A DNA stretch of 61,529 bases from Rhizaria sp. SCN 62-66 (GCA_001724265.1 MEDY01000152.1:1-61529), one strand, 5' to 3'; shown: positions 1 to 10,743, counted from the stretch's first letter. Notes: generated by a model from the sequence alone, not told the origin. Program-made: numbers and translations.

Positions 1-99
1 TCCGAGAAGGTCCGCGAGGCCGCCCTCCTTGCTGAGGCCGCTGCCCGCCGCGAGCGCCTGAAGGCCAAGAAGGCCAAGGTTGCTGCCCGCAACGAGTAA
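1..99 (+). CDS. 3' end of a highly expressed basic protein, probably 60S ribosomal protein eL19 (partial, runs off window)
   Basis: Frame 1 reads SEKVREAALLAEAAARRERLKAKKAKVAARNE then TAA (97-99), with strongly biased codons (AAG, GCC, CGC, GAG). Resembles the Lys/Arg-rich C-terminal helix of eL19 (KAEKAREK...EAKRAK). Only 32 aa are visible. Confidence 0.5.
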   Translation, partial: SEKVREAALLAEAAARRERLKAKKAKVAARNE

Positions 100-505
100 G
101 CACCTCGCCACTCAAGTCAGTTACTAATGCTTAGCTACCCAAAACCAAGCTAAGCGACCTATCTAACTTGCTCTCTCATGCACACGCACTGTTGCTGACT
201 TTGTCGGCAGTGGTCGTGTAAGTGAGGGATCCGCGCACATTCGCACTGCATATTTACGTTCTTGGAATGCGGCGACTTGTTTGCAAAACAACCCCCACCC
301 CAGTCACATAGTTTTCTTGTTTGTCTCGCTCGGCTTGGTCGGGCGAACAGATAATAATACAATATATTGAAATCATAAATCAGTGTCTCTCATTCGATAA
401 AAGCTTGGAAATGTATAAGTAATAATTCTCATGATACGTTTCTTGTTGCACATTCGTCCTTGTGCATTCGTGTTATACTAGATAGTTAAATACTAGATAT
501 CATTG

Positions 506-3016
506 TCATTCATTGTCGTAGTCCTCATCCTCGTCACTTGGCGATTGTTCGCTATTGCTTCCGTCCATGGCCAATAAAGCTAGATTCTCTAAGCAGTCTG
601 CCAACCGTTGCAGCAGTCGGTTCACAGTCTGCTCCTGCTCATGCGCTGAGCTTTGCACACGCTCGCAATCCTTCCTGGTCACGTCTGCTTCTGTGCGCAG
701 CCTGTCCGCAAAAGCAGCGGCGCGTGCGGCTGCGCGCTCACAGTCACTCACTGCGTCCAGCTGACGATCACCTGTCGCAGAGTCACTCGTGTCGCGTTGA
801 TCACAGCTAATCTCACTGTCACTATCATTGCTGACACTGCCGCTGTCGCTGTCGGTGCATTTACTTGCAGCTTCTGAGTCGAGCGCACAAGGCGGTAACA
901 GTTGATTCAATGCAAGCAGTGCGTGCTTTGCTTGTCCGATCCCATGACGGCGGACTTCATCTTCAGCGTTCGCTACTGCAGTCACTGCGGTCAGCAACAA
1001 CGCTGCCCAGCCGCACAATGGACCTCGATGTTGTTGCTCTTGCTTTGTGTCAATATCAATTTCAGTTTCACCGGCGGCGGTTTCTGCGTCTCCAGGAGTT
1101 GCAGCCCACACTATTCGCTCTACAACAGCCACAGGGGCCGCAGCGGCAAGCACCCACGCGCGGCACCGTGAGCACACGACATTGCTGCTACAGTTCAACG
1201 TAGCACCACCGCCCAAAACAACACCGTTCGCAGCTGAGACAACTGCAACGACAGCACTCGCTATGGAGCCGAGCTCTTGTCGGCCGCCGCAGTGGAGCCA
1301 TGCTCCGGCGCAGACGGTGGGCGAGTCACGGCGCGACTTGCACTCGGCAGAACTTTTGTACCTTAACATAGGATTGTTGCAATCGTTGTCAGTGCATATG
1401 TCAAAACAGACCGGCTCTAACTGTGTTTCTAAGCTGCGGTTATCACCGTTGCCAGTTGCGAGGTGCAGGCCAGTCAGAGTGAGTGCGAGCGACACCGCAA
1501 GAACTGGCAAGATAGATCCTCCAATCAGCGACTCAAGCGCAGATGTGCTATTCATGTTGTTGTCAAGGTTTGCGTGTGAATGTTTGCAGAAAGACACGCC
1601 GCGCACAATAGCTTGCTTGACGGGCTCGAGCGATAACACTTGACGAGCACACAGCAGCACATCTGATGCACTCGATCCAGTCAATGTTTCACCTGATGAA
1701 GTCGTCAGTAGGGCGAGCGTTAAAGACACCAAGGGGGTAATAACACTCGAGTTCAGCGGGTGTAACCGTTGCACTGGCTGTGAGCAGTGCCGCGACGACT
1801 GTGTCGCAGTGGTGATTGTCATCGTGGCATGCACAACGCTATCAGTATACGCTGCTTTGCATGATTGCGGAGAAAGGGACAGTTGCAGAAGCGTAGACAC
1901 GTTTGTTGCAAGGGTCAGCGCTGCACCAACAGTGCCAGCAGTCGCGCCGTTCGACGTAGGTTCAGTGCTCTGGGTGTAAATGGTCGCTGTGTGCATCAAT
2001 AGCATTTCGCTCAAAGCAACACAGTGCCACAGCCAAGCCTCATTCACTGTCTCTAATTGGGACTCAGTTCCAGCAAGCAGGGCCCTTGTGGCTGTATGCA
2101 GTCCGTCCGCGCGGCTCGCCATAGTGAGGCCTAAACGACAGAGCGCAGGCGGGAGCAGGAGTGGGATCAACGGCGAAAACAATGTGAAGTTACACTAATT
2201 GACGGAGGTTGCGTTGTGTTTGGGGTGGCGACGACAGTTGCAGTTGCAGCTTGACATCAACATGTCGACAGCAATATCGTTCAATAGCGTCAGCGATTCG
2301 CGACTGTCGCTGATGTTGTTCCCAGTTCTCATCTCTATATGTGTCGCAGCAATGTTGGTTGCAACTTCAGTTGGAGTGATACGAAGAGTAGCAAGCAGCG
2401 CTGATGCAGCGGGATCGCGCAGCCGAGCCCAGAGCTGCGCCACAAAAACTATAGCATGCGGCGCATCATCATACCCGACCGCGCTATCGTTGTAGTCGTG
2501 ATCGTTGTTGCCCTTGTTGGAGTTCTTTGCGTGACTGCATTCGTGATGCAACTGTCGTGAGGTGAACGCGCTCAGTGAGCCTGCACGCTTGCATACCATT
2601 GCAGCAAGGCCCAGCGGCTCTACTAAAGAGTCTAAATACTCTTCTAGTGCGTAATGAGAAGGCGATTTCGAACATGATAGAGCTTTGTTGATTGTGAGCA
2701 GCGGCGGAAGCAATATGCCATCAGCCCATGCATCCGCAGCGTCACTTAGATTACACTGAACACAACTACTGTTCTCTTGTGCAGTAGGCAAAGTAACATC
2801 GCTGCTCGTGTTGTCATCAGAGCTAATTCCACGGGCACGCTTAGAGCTGGGCTATGGCAGCGCGTCATGAGGTACTGTGGCAGTCGTTGTGGGAGTTGAA
2901 GGTGGGTGGACTGAAGTGCGTGGACACACTTCTTCAATCACAGTGAGCGGCGTGTACAAACGTGGTATCGGTTTGTCAACGCAGTATTCAGATAGCCATG
3001 TGTACAAATTATCCAT
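506..3016 (-). CDS. Hypothetical protein, 836 aa, with two in-frame TAG codons; C-terminal coiled coil and acidic tail
   Basis: ATG at 3016 (MDNLYTWLSEY...) opens one frame through TAG 2854-2852 and TAG 2197-2195 into track ORFs 2195..2791 and 506..2182, ending at TGA 508-506. No AT-rich spacer or frame change at either TAG; the next upstream in-frame stop is TGA 3067-3065. No family recognised. Confidence 0.7.
2195..2197 (-). other. In-frame TAG read as sense (inferred Gln)
   Basis: Context GTC AAT TAG TGT AAC TTC ACA TTG; 12 nt later the 558-aa ORF continues in the same frame. Confidence 0.7.
2852..2854 (-). other. In-frame TAG read as sense (inferred Gln)
   Basis: Context CTG CCA TAG CCC AGC TCT AAG CGT (L-P-*-P-S-S-K-R); frame is open on both sides. 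Confidence 0.65.
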
Positions 3017-3203
3017 GGCTAAGAGTATGTATCGATGAGGGCACGCTTGCGCGCTCCCAGCCGATCAAAAGGCGGAAAATTGTCGGGCGAATATCTCAGA
3101 GCGCCAAGGGCAATCTAGCACTGACCAGATGCCGGCGTATACGGACTTTTCGAGAGTGATAAATCTGAAGATAAATAAAATCTAGTGAGAATTGTATGGA
3201 AAT

Positions 3204-6200
3204 TTAGGCGACATCACAAATAACGGAGATAGTTTGTACAAAACCCTGAAGAACGGTGATGGCCTTCTTGGTCAGCGCCGCATCTCCAACTGCTCCCGAC
3301 GCAGAGGCGTCATACAGACCGCGGATACACGCAGTGACAACGCTCATCAAGTCGTCGCGCAGACGCACAAGCACGAGTTGTGTCTCCTCCTCGCTGTGTA
3401 TGAGTAGAGCGCGCGTCCACGCAACCGCGTTGTGCAGCCTCGCCTCGAACCCAGTCACACGCACGCGCGCCAACACCTGCTGCTGCGCCTCGGGCGACTG
3501 CGCTGCGGCGGCCGCGTGCCCCACCGCGTCCGCGCTCTCAGCAAGAGTAGCGGTGTTCGCGTGTAACTCGACGTCGACCATCTCGGCCGCCGCAACGGCT
3601 GCCTTGGCCATGGCCGCTGTCGTCTCCGCGCCCACCACGACGCCGCCCTGCGTGTGGGGCGCGAGCTCGCCGAGACAGAAGGCCACAGCGCCCATGCACC
3701 ACTGCCCGCGCGCCTCGGCGACCTCGTTCCGCACCGCGAACTGCACGCCCGCGGCGGCGCCCTCAGCCGCGGCCACCGCATCGGCGGTCACGCGGGCCAG
3801 CGCGCCGACGCCGCCGAGCGCGGCGGTGGGCACGGCGAGAGCGCGTTGGGACACGCCGCCCATCGCGGCGCCCGTGGCGGCGGCCGAGGCGGCCACGGAG
3901 GTCGCTGTAGTCGCCACCGCGGTGAGGCTGGTACGGAGGCCCGAGAAGAGGTAGCTCGACCAGCCCGAGCCCGCGCTGGCGGCGTCGGCGTCGGCGTCGC
4001 CGTTAGCGTCCGCGCCGGAGCCCGCGGCGTCGGCCGTCGTCGTGAGGGCGGCGAGCCCGCGCGTAAGCCCCCCCAGCAGTCCTCCGTTGTGGTTGCTGTC
4101 GATGGAAGCGTTGGGGTTGTGCAGCGGGTGCCCCGCGGGCGGACAGAAGGACAGCGCAAGCGGGTTCGGCAGCCCGGGCGGGAGCGTGACGACACCGTCC
4201 CACGCCGCGCCGCCGCTGCTGCTGCTGCTGCCCGCGCTGATTGAGCTGTCTCCAACGCTGTCTTTGGCTTCGTCGGTGTCGATACAGTAATCGTAGTCGT
4301 CGTCGTCGTCATCGTCACAGTTGTTGGGATCACGAGCCCCATCAGTCCCACCACTGGCGGGATTGGCCGCGCTGTTGCTCGTGGCGATGGCGGCCGCGAC
4401 GTTGACGATGACGGTGAGGTGCCGCAGCATGACCAGCGCTGTGAGCGGGGACCGTAGTCGCGACGCCATCACGGAGCCCGTCTGCGTCACCGGGGGCGGC
4501 AGCGGGCAGAGCGGGCCCAGCGCCGGCAGTCCGCCGACATCACCAGTGGCAGCGGAGGCTGCGAGCGCGTTGCTGGGCAGCATGGGCAGCGTGGTCAGCG
4601 GGGCGCCGAGGGTGGAGAGGCCCGCCGGCACGGGCTGCACGGTCGCTCGCTTGCCACCTGCAGCGCCAGCGCCTGCGGCAGAGGGCTTGAAGTGCGGCGA
4701 AGTGAGGATTGCCTGGTCGATGGCAGCCGTTGCGCGGCACAGCGAAGTGACTGCGGCGGCGAGCAGGTCGTAGCGACCGCCACCGACAGCCCAGAAGCCG
4801 TCGCCGTCACCACCACTGCCAGACTTAGCCTTAGAAGCGGCGGGCTTGGTGCTGGCGGTGGCCGGGCCGCCGCTGAGGCCGCCGCTGAGGCCGCCACCAC
4901 TCTTGCTGTGCGCGGCCATTGAGCTACTGTCTGTGCTGCCAGTCGAGCCAGAGCCGGGGTTAGAGCGCGGCCGGCGAGGCGGGGCGAGACAAAGCAGACT
5001 GTCGACGGCGGCGGCCACGGACGGCAGGAGCTGCGAGAGGACTGGGGGCAGGCCAGGGACAGCGGTTGATAACAGGAGTTCCCGCTGCCGCTGCTGCTGC
5101 TGTTGCTGTTGCACGCGCCGCTGCTGATGCTGCTTTTGGGAAGGCGCAAGCGGGAACGCACGGCCCGATGCGAGCGCGACCGACACACTGATCGCGTTCA
5201 CGTTTGCGCTGTCCGTATCCGGGCAAACATACGTCGCGCCAGCGCCAGCACCAGCGCCCACAGCGGAGACAGAACCCGCGCCCGCGCTTGTGGGCGAGCC
5301 GCCCGCGGCAAATGCGAGCGGCATGCGGAGGATAGCCCGGGCCTGCTTGCCCGCGGCCAGCGCTAGCTCCGAGGTCAGCAGCGACGCGGCCTGCCGCAGC
5401 GCAGGCACGGCCGTCGACAGCGTGGACAGGGCAAGGTCGGTGCGGAGGGAGAGTGCGAGGTGGGTCAGCATGCGGGGACTGACGCCGGCGTAGGCGCCAC
5501 CGGGAGCAGCGGCAGAGATACCAACAAAGGCAGATTGGGATGCGTGGTAGCGGCGCATGTTGTCGTCGAGAAGCGAGCCCAGAGTCGGCAATGCCGCCTT
5601 CCTCTTCCCAGCAGTACTCGTAACAGCCACGGTGCTCTGCGACTGCGATGGTGAGCGCGAGTGCTCAACAGCAAACTGCGCAATGCTATCGATGCTAGGT
5701 AATGGCAGCACATTCACAGCCTTTTTGCTCTCCGTGCCGGCACCAGCGCCGGCGCCAGTCGCAACAATAGCAAAGCCACTCGCTGTATGCGTTCCCCGGG
5801 ACGTCGCAGGGGCAGTCTGACTTCCGCCGTACGCGGCTTGACTCCCGCAGCGGTCAAGGTCGATCTTGACAGGCTCCAGCGCGACGCGCTTCAGCGCGTT
5901 GAGGGCGAAGCTGAGGGACTCGAGGCTCAGGCTCACGGTGCCGCCCACTGCAGCCACAGCGGCCGCGACAGGGGCGGCGGCACTCGCGGCCGGGCTAGTC
6001 CCAGACACAGCAGCGCCAAGAGTCGCCGAAACAGGAGTGCCAGCGGCGGCAGCGGCAGCGGGTTTATCGCCGCCCGCCGCGCCGGTGGGCGACGCGGACG
6101 CGGGCGCGGGCGGCGGCGCGACGAGCGCGCGCACAGCCTGCACCCACACGGCCCAGAGCTTGAGCATCAGCGACTCGAGCTGGATGAAGGCCTTGGGGGA

Positions 6201-8537
6201 CAGGCGCGAGCGCCGCCAGCGGTGCAGGTGGAGCCACAGCGCCCCGCTCGTGTGCGCCGCGGGCGCGCTTGCGGTTGCACCTGCACCGGCGCTGTAAGAG
6301 CCAGCGGCGGCGTTGACACCGGCGGCGGCAGCGGGGGCCGTGAGTGCGAAGGCGTGAGCGCGCGCGCGGTCGAGGGCCTTCTCTTCGCGCCTGTTGCCGC
6401 GCGCGTCCCGCTTGTCGCCGGCGTCGCCGCTGTCGTCGTCGTCATCGTCGTCGCCATCCCCGGCGTTGCTGATGCTACTGCTGCTGCGGTCGCGCCCGCC
6501 GATATTCACGCTGCTGTTGGAGTCGTCGCTGCTCTCGTCGCTGTCATCGCAGTCGTCGTCATCGTCGTCTTCGCTGTCGCTGCGGTTGTTGCTGCGGCTC
6601 GCCCCGGTGCGCACGGCGATCGTCCTGCTGCTGCTGTCGCCGCGGAGCGTTGAGGCGGCGCTGGGGGACTTCTTCCGTCCGCTCGTCCCGGGCGCGTCCT
6701 CTAGACCGACAATAGCGGTAGCTAACACGGCCTCGGCCTTGCAGACCTCGACCACGAACGCCGCCGTCTGGACTAGAATCACAGCCAACGCACTCTCCTT
6801 TAGACTCCTCACATTCGAATTCGCATTCACAACCGTGCTGCCGTTCGCGCTGTTATTGGCCGCGGTGGTGAGGGCGCGCACGGTGGCCCTGAGCGCGACC
6901 GTGAGCCCGGGCACCGCGACGCGCTCACGGGCGGCGAAGTACGCGGCCACGGTGTCAGTCACGAAGCCCACGTAAGGGTCGGCCTCGCCCGCGCCGCCGC
7001 CCAGGCCCGCGCCGTCGCCGCCGAGCAGGCCGCTGCCGAGGCCCAGCCCGCTGCCCAGCCCCAGACCGCTGCCCAGGTTACCGATGAGGCCCCTGTTCCG
7101 CGCGGCGGCCGCGGCGGCCGCTGCTGCTGCGGCCGCGGCTGCGGCTGCTGCAGTCGACGCCGCCGCCGCCGACGACGACGACGAGGACGGGGACGATGAC
7201 AGGAACGCGTGCGAGAAAGCGCGCTTGTGTGCCTGTTGCAGCAGCGGGCGCACGACAGTGGCGAGCATGAGGAACTGGCTGTAGGCCAGCGGCGTGACCG
7301 CGCCCGGCATCATCGTGAGCGGGTGTAGCGCGCCGCTCGCGGGGACCTGGCTCGCGCTCACGCTCTGGCTCGGCGGCTGAGACTGCTGTTGCTGCTGCTG
7401 TTGTTGCCGCGGCTGGAGTGCGGTGAGAGAGAGGCGCAGCGTCTTGGGTGGGAACACGCCGGCCATGGCGGTGGCGTGGTCTAAGTACCCCTTACACAGC
7501 ACGCGCGCGCGCTGCCCGAACGCCGCGGCGGCCTTGGGCGCGCGCGCGGCGTACTCTGCCGCGGCGGGGGCCCAGGGGTAGGCGCGGAAGTACTGCGTGA
7601 GCACCCAGAGGCGCGCGGGGATGAGAGCGAACGCGGGCGGCAGCGACGGGTACGCCTGCGGCTGCGTCGGCGCGCCCGCGGCACCGCCGGTCGCGGCGGC
7701 GGCGGCGGCGGCGCTCGCTGCAGGCGCTGCGGCGGCTGACGGGACGCTGCCGCCCAGCGCCGCCGCCGACCCGGTGCTTGCAGTCGCCGAAGCGGGGCTG
7801 CTGCTTGTGGTGTGATGGTGGGCGGAGACGGTGGGCATCGGCGGCAGCAGCGGCGGGCGCGCGAGCTGGGCCGTGATGTCGTCGAGGTCGTTGTAGAAGC
7901 GCAGGTGCGCGGCGAGCCGGGTGCGCTTGTCGGTGAGGTGCTGCTGCTGCTCGCTGAGCCCGGCGCTCTGGGCCGTGACGTCGGCACTGTGGCGCTCGAC
8001 GCGCGCGCAGCCACGATGCAGCGAGGCCGCGTGGGCCGCGATCGCCGTCACCGCGGTCAGCGACGCCGAAAGGCTGGACAGCTTCGAGGCCAGCGACGCG
8101 CGGTAGATGACGATGCGCACAAGCTCGGGGTTCGCGGCGAGGAGCGATGCGGGGACGGCCGGGAACGGCTGGGCCTGGTCGCGGCCACCACCAACAACGA
8201 CTGCGTTTGCAGGCGTCGATGCAGCTGCTGCCGAGGAAGTGCTCATGGTGAGTGCGATTGCAGAGCTGGCAACCGCGGCGGCGGTGTACTCAATGCAGAG
8301 ATCACTCAGATCGTCAAGACCGATGCCGTCACCACTGATGGCTGCCACACCGGGCATGGAAGGAGACGAAGGCCGCGCGGCGTTGTAAGCTGGGGCCTGG
8401 CCCTTGATTGCCTGAGATAAGGGTGTGACAGCAAGGGCCTCAAGAGCGGCCAATGCGGACGCAAACTCGGGATGCGAGGTATCCGCGGCGCTAATGGCGG
8501 CCGCGCTAGACACCGCGGCACTCGTTGCAGCACTCAT
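3204..8537 (-). CDS. COG3: Conserved oligomeric Golgi complex subunit 3 (Sec34)-like, 1777 aa, expanded by low-complexity insertions
   Basis: Colinear COG3-like blocks: LSEQQQHLTDKRTRLAAHLRFYNDLDDITAQLARP, ARLWVLTQYFRAYP...EYAAR, AYSQFLMLATVVRPLLQQAHKR, YVGFVTDTVAAYFAARERV and LVQTAAFVVEVCKAEAVL, separated by Ala/Ser/Gly/Asp tracts. Ends in TAA. Confidence 0.75.
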   Translation of the reverse strand: MSAATSAAVSSAAAISAADTSHPEFASALAALEALAVTPLSQAIKGQAPAYNAARPSSPSMPGVAAISGDGIGLDDLSDLCIEYTAAAVASSAIALTMSTSSAAAASTPANAVVVGGGRDQAQPFPAVPASLLAANPELVRIVIYRASLASKLSSLSASLTAVTAIAAHAASLHRGCARVERHSADVTAQSAGLSEQQQHLTDKRTRLAAHLRFYNDLDDITAQLARPPLLPPMPTVSAHHHTTSSSPASATASTGSAAALGGSVPSAAAAPAASAAAAAAATGGAAGAPTQPQAYPSLPPAFALIPARLWVLTQYFRAYPWAPAAAEYAARAPKAAAAFGQRARVLCKGYLDHATAMAGVFPPKTLRLSLTALQPRQQQQQQQQSQPPSQSVSASQVPASGALHPLTMMPGAVTPLAYSQFLMLATVVRPLLQQAHKRAFSHAFLSSSPSSSSSSAAAASTAAAAAAAAAAAAAAAAARNRGLIGNLGSGLGLGSGLGLGSGLLGGDGAGLGGGAGEADPYVGFVTDTVAAYFAARERVAVPGLTVALRATVRALTTAANNSANGSTVVNANSNVRSLKESALAVILVQTAAFVVEVCKAEAVLATAIVGLEDAPGTSGRKKSPSAASTLRGDSSSRTIAVRTGASRSNNRSDSEDDDDDDCDDSDESSDDSNSSVNIGGRDRSSSSISNAGDGDDDDDDDSGDAGDKRDARGNRREEKALDRARAHAFALTAPAAAAGVNAAAGSYSAGAGATASAPAAHTSGALWLHLHRWRRSRLSPKAFIQLESLMLKLWAVWVQAVRALVAPPPAPASASPTGAAGGDKPAAAAAAGTPVSATLGAAVSGTSPAASAAAPVAAAVAAVGGTVSLSLESLSFALNALKRVALEPVKIDLDRCGSQAAYGGSQTAPATSRGTHTASGFAIVATGAGAGAGTESKKAVNVLPLPSIDSIAQFAVEHSRSPSQSQSTVAVTSTAGKRKAALPTLGSLLDDNMRRYHASQSAFVGISAAAPGGAYAGVSPRMLTHLALSLRTDLALSTLSTAVPALRQAASLLTSELALAAGKQARAILRMPLAFAAGGSPTSAGAGSVSAVGAGAGAGATYVCPDTDSANVNAISVSVALASGRAFPLAPSQKQHQQRRVQQQQQQQRQRELLLSTAVPGLPPVLSQLLPSVAAAVDSLLCLAPPRRPRSNPGSGSTGSTDSSSMAAHSKSGGGLSGGLSGGPATASTKPAASKAKSGSGGDGDGFWAVGGGRYDLLAAAVTSLCRATAAIDQAILTSPHFKPSAAGAGAAGGKRATVQPVPAGLSTLGAPLTTLPMLPSNALAASAATGDVGGLPALGPLCPLPPPVTQTGSVMASRLRSPLTALVMLRHLTVIVNVAAAIATSNSAANPASGGTDGARDPNNCDDDDDDDYDYCIDTDEAKDSVGDSSISAGSSSSSGGAAWDGVVTLPPGLPNPLALSFCPPAGHPLHNPNASIDSNHNGGLLGGLTRGLAALTTTADAAGSGADANGDADADAASAGSGWSSYLFSGLRTSLTAVATTATSVAASAAATGAAMGGVSQRALAVPTAALGGVGALARVTADAVAAAEGAAAGVQFAVRNEVAEARGQWCMGAVAFCLGELAPHTQGGVVVGAETTAAMAKAAVAAAEMVDVELHANTATLAESADAVGHAAAAAQSPEAQQQVLARVRVTGFEARLHNAVAWTRALLIHSEEETQLVLVRLRDDLMSVVTACIRGLYDASASGAVGDAALTKKAITVLQGFVQTISVICDVA

Positions 8538-9165
8538 CTGAAAGTGAGCAAGTGAGCTTGAGCTCGGGTCGAGTGCGGAGCGCTAAGAAACCTACAGGAA
8601 GGTCTTAACCACAAGTATAGTAAAAATACACAAACCTCTTATGTAATCGCCCTATGAGTAGCTTTCAGAGTTGCTTTATGATCAATGACGGGGCGAAGAT
8701 AGAAATGCTCGAGGGGGTGAGTGGATACGATATCGCACGAGGCTAGATCAAGAGATAAACCTCAAATCCACGGTATTGAATTTAAATAATAGATATAAAT
8801 TGTGCGTATAATACCCAGGCACAAACTCAAATCTTATAGTGTCGTTCAGGCCACTCGGTATTCACATATAATTTCGCGTCGTCAGCAAGCCCCGAGTCGC
8901 TGGTTAGCGGCTGGAGCGGGGAGCAGCGACAAGGATAATCATACCACGACTTAAAGACAGCGGTTAATAACAAGACATCTTAAGAATATATCAAAGCATC
9001 AGTTGCTTTATTCGCGATGTGAAACATCTATACCTATACACAGACAATATAACAGTAAACAGTCATCTTTATCACAGGATCTATCTCTACGCGAGTCACA
9101 CTCGCTCTCCGCGGCGGAGCAGTCAGCTTAGGGCTTGGCCACTTCGATCAATCAAGCACACTTCT

Positions 9166-10743
9166 TTACTTGAGCGAGTGGCCCGCGCCCGACATCCCGG
9201 CCGCCTTGTTGGCCTCGGCGAGCGTCTCGCGCTTGACCAGCCGGCCCTCGCTGTCGCGGTAAAACACCCACTGACCGACCACCTGCTTTGTCAGCCCCGC
9301 AGTCGCGCCGCCCGCGCTGGAGCTGCTGCCGCCGCCGAGCGCGTTGCCGCTGCTGGCGGAGGCCGTAAGTGCGGAAACGGGCGTCGCGGCGCCGGTCCCG
9401 AGCGCGTAGCCCGTGCCCACGTGTCCCACATGTCCCGCGGAGCCCGTGCTCGCGTGGCTGGTGCTGCTGCTCGCGCTGGCAAGCCCGCCGGCCGAGCTGG
9501 GCGACGGCAGCACCAGCGCGGCCTGCTCCGCCGCGGCCGCCGCGGCGACGGTGCCCGCGACGGGCGTGTTGAGCCCCCAGGGCGAGGCAACCGTGGCCAC
9601 CGCGGGGGCGGGGCTCGCGGAGCCCGCGGCCAGACTGGAGCTGGGCGCGGCGGACCCGGCGGCGGCGCCCGTCTTGAGCGAGTGGCCCGCGCCCAGCTTG
9701 GCGAAGTAGCCCGCGCCGCCCGCATTGGCGGCGCCGCCGACCACTGGGGTGCCGCCGACCACGGGCGTGCCGTTGCCGTAGCCGCCGCCGCCGGCCGCCG
9801 CGGCCGCGGGGTTGAGCGAGAGCGCGCCGATGGACTGCGTGAAGGGCGACACGGGGGGCGTGGCGCGGCCGCCCGCGGCGGAGGCGGCGCCGGTCCCCAG
9901 CACGCTGCCATTGCTAGTGGGCGAGGCGAGGCTGCCGGGCGGCGCGGGGCCCTGCGGCAGCGGCGGCTTCTGTCCGAACGCGAACATGGGCGCTGCGGAG
10001 GGCTGCGAGGACGCAAACGTGGGCAGCCCGGCCGTGGAGACGGCGCCTGGCGCGGAGAAGGTGGTGCTAGAGCTGCCCGTATTGGTGCCCGGAGCGTGGG
10101 TGTAAGCCGCGGCGGCGGCGAGAGCGCGCGCGTTCTTCTCGGCGTCGAGCTGGGCCTTGCGCTTGGGGTAGTCCTTGGCCTCCTTAAAGTCGACGTTGAG
10201 GTCGGTCTCGATGATGAGCACCGCGTCGGCGGGCTCGAGCGCGACGACGTCGAGCTGGAAGGTTCGGTTGACGTGCGAGATGCTGATGGTAGAGCCCTTG
10301 TTCAGCACAGCGTAGCCGCGCAGCCCGCGCTCGAGCACGGCGCGCGGGTTCGTGAGCTCGTTAAACGTGTACGAGTGGGGCTGAAACTGCACAAATGTGC
10401 CCTTGGGAAGGTCGACATTGAGCAGGGAGACCGAGTCGCCCTCGTCGAGGCCCAGGTGGATCATCATCCAGTACGGGATGTAGCAGTGACCTTCTTCGGC
10501 AACGAACTCGAGCACGCCGCAGCAGACCTGCAGACCCGTGTTCGGGTTCGTCAGACGGAACATCATCGGGTACGCGATTTCGAGCTGGATCAGCGCCTCC
10601 AGGGTCGAGGACGGAAGCAAGATCTTGTCACCGCACTAGAGGTCCTCGCGGTCCTTGCAGCCGACGGAGAAAACGCGGAAAGCGGAGCGGTAGGGCCCGC
10701 GGGGAGCCTGCTGGCGAGCGCCGCCGCCAAAGAAGCTGAACAT
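9166..10743 (-). CDS. UFD1: Ubiquitin fusion degradation protein 1 (p97/Cdc48 cofactor), 525 aa, with one in-frame TAG
   Basis: ATG at 10743 gives MFSFFGGGARQQAPRGPYRSAFRVFSVGCKDREDL*CGDKILLPSSTLEAL..YPMMFRLTN..CGVLEFVAEEG.CYIPYWMM..LPKGTFVQFQP..TNPRAVLE..LRGYAVL..IIETDLNVDF, the UFD1 UT3 domain. Low-complexity tail carries SHP-like GxGxxL motifs. Ends in TAA. Confidence 0.95.
9169..9694. repeat. Perfect 22-nt direct repeat (9169-9190 and 9673-9694) encoding GAGHSLK twice in the UFD1 tail
   Basis: cttgagcgagtggcccgcgccc occurs at both positions. Confidence 0.85.
10636..10638 (-). other. In-frame TAG inside the conserved UFD1 N-domain
   Basis: GAC CGC GAG GAC CTC TAG TGC GGT GAC AAG ATC. It occupies the polar (usually E/N) position of the D-R/K-x-x-L/V-E-x-G-x-K-I motif, with UFD1-like sequence on both sides. 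Confidence 0.9.

Noticed and set aside
10636-10665. In-frame TAGs as 3' splice sites of small frame-preserving introns
   Set aside because: No pyrimidine tract or AT-rich sequence precedes them, unlike the four real introns. In UFD1 such an intron would remove conserved residues (V..DREDL). Only cDNA can exclude this formally.
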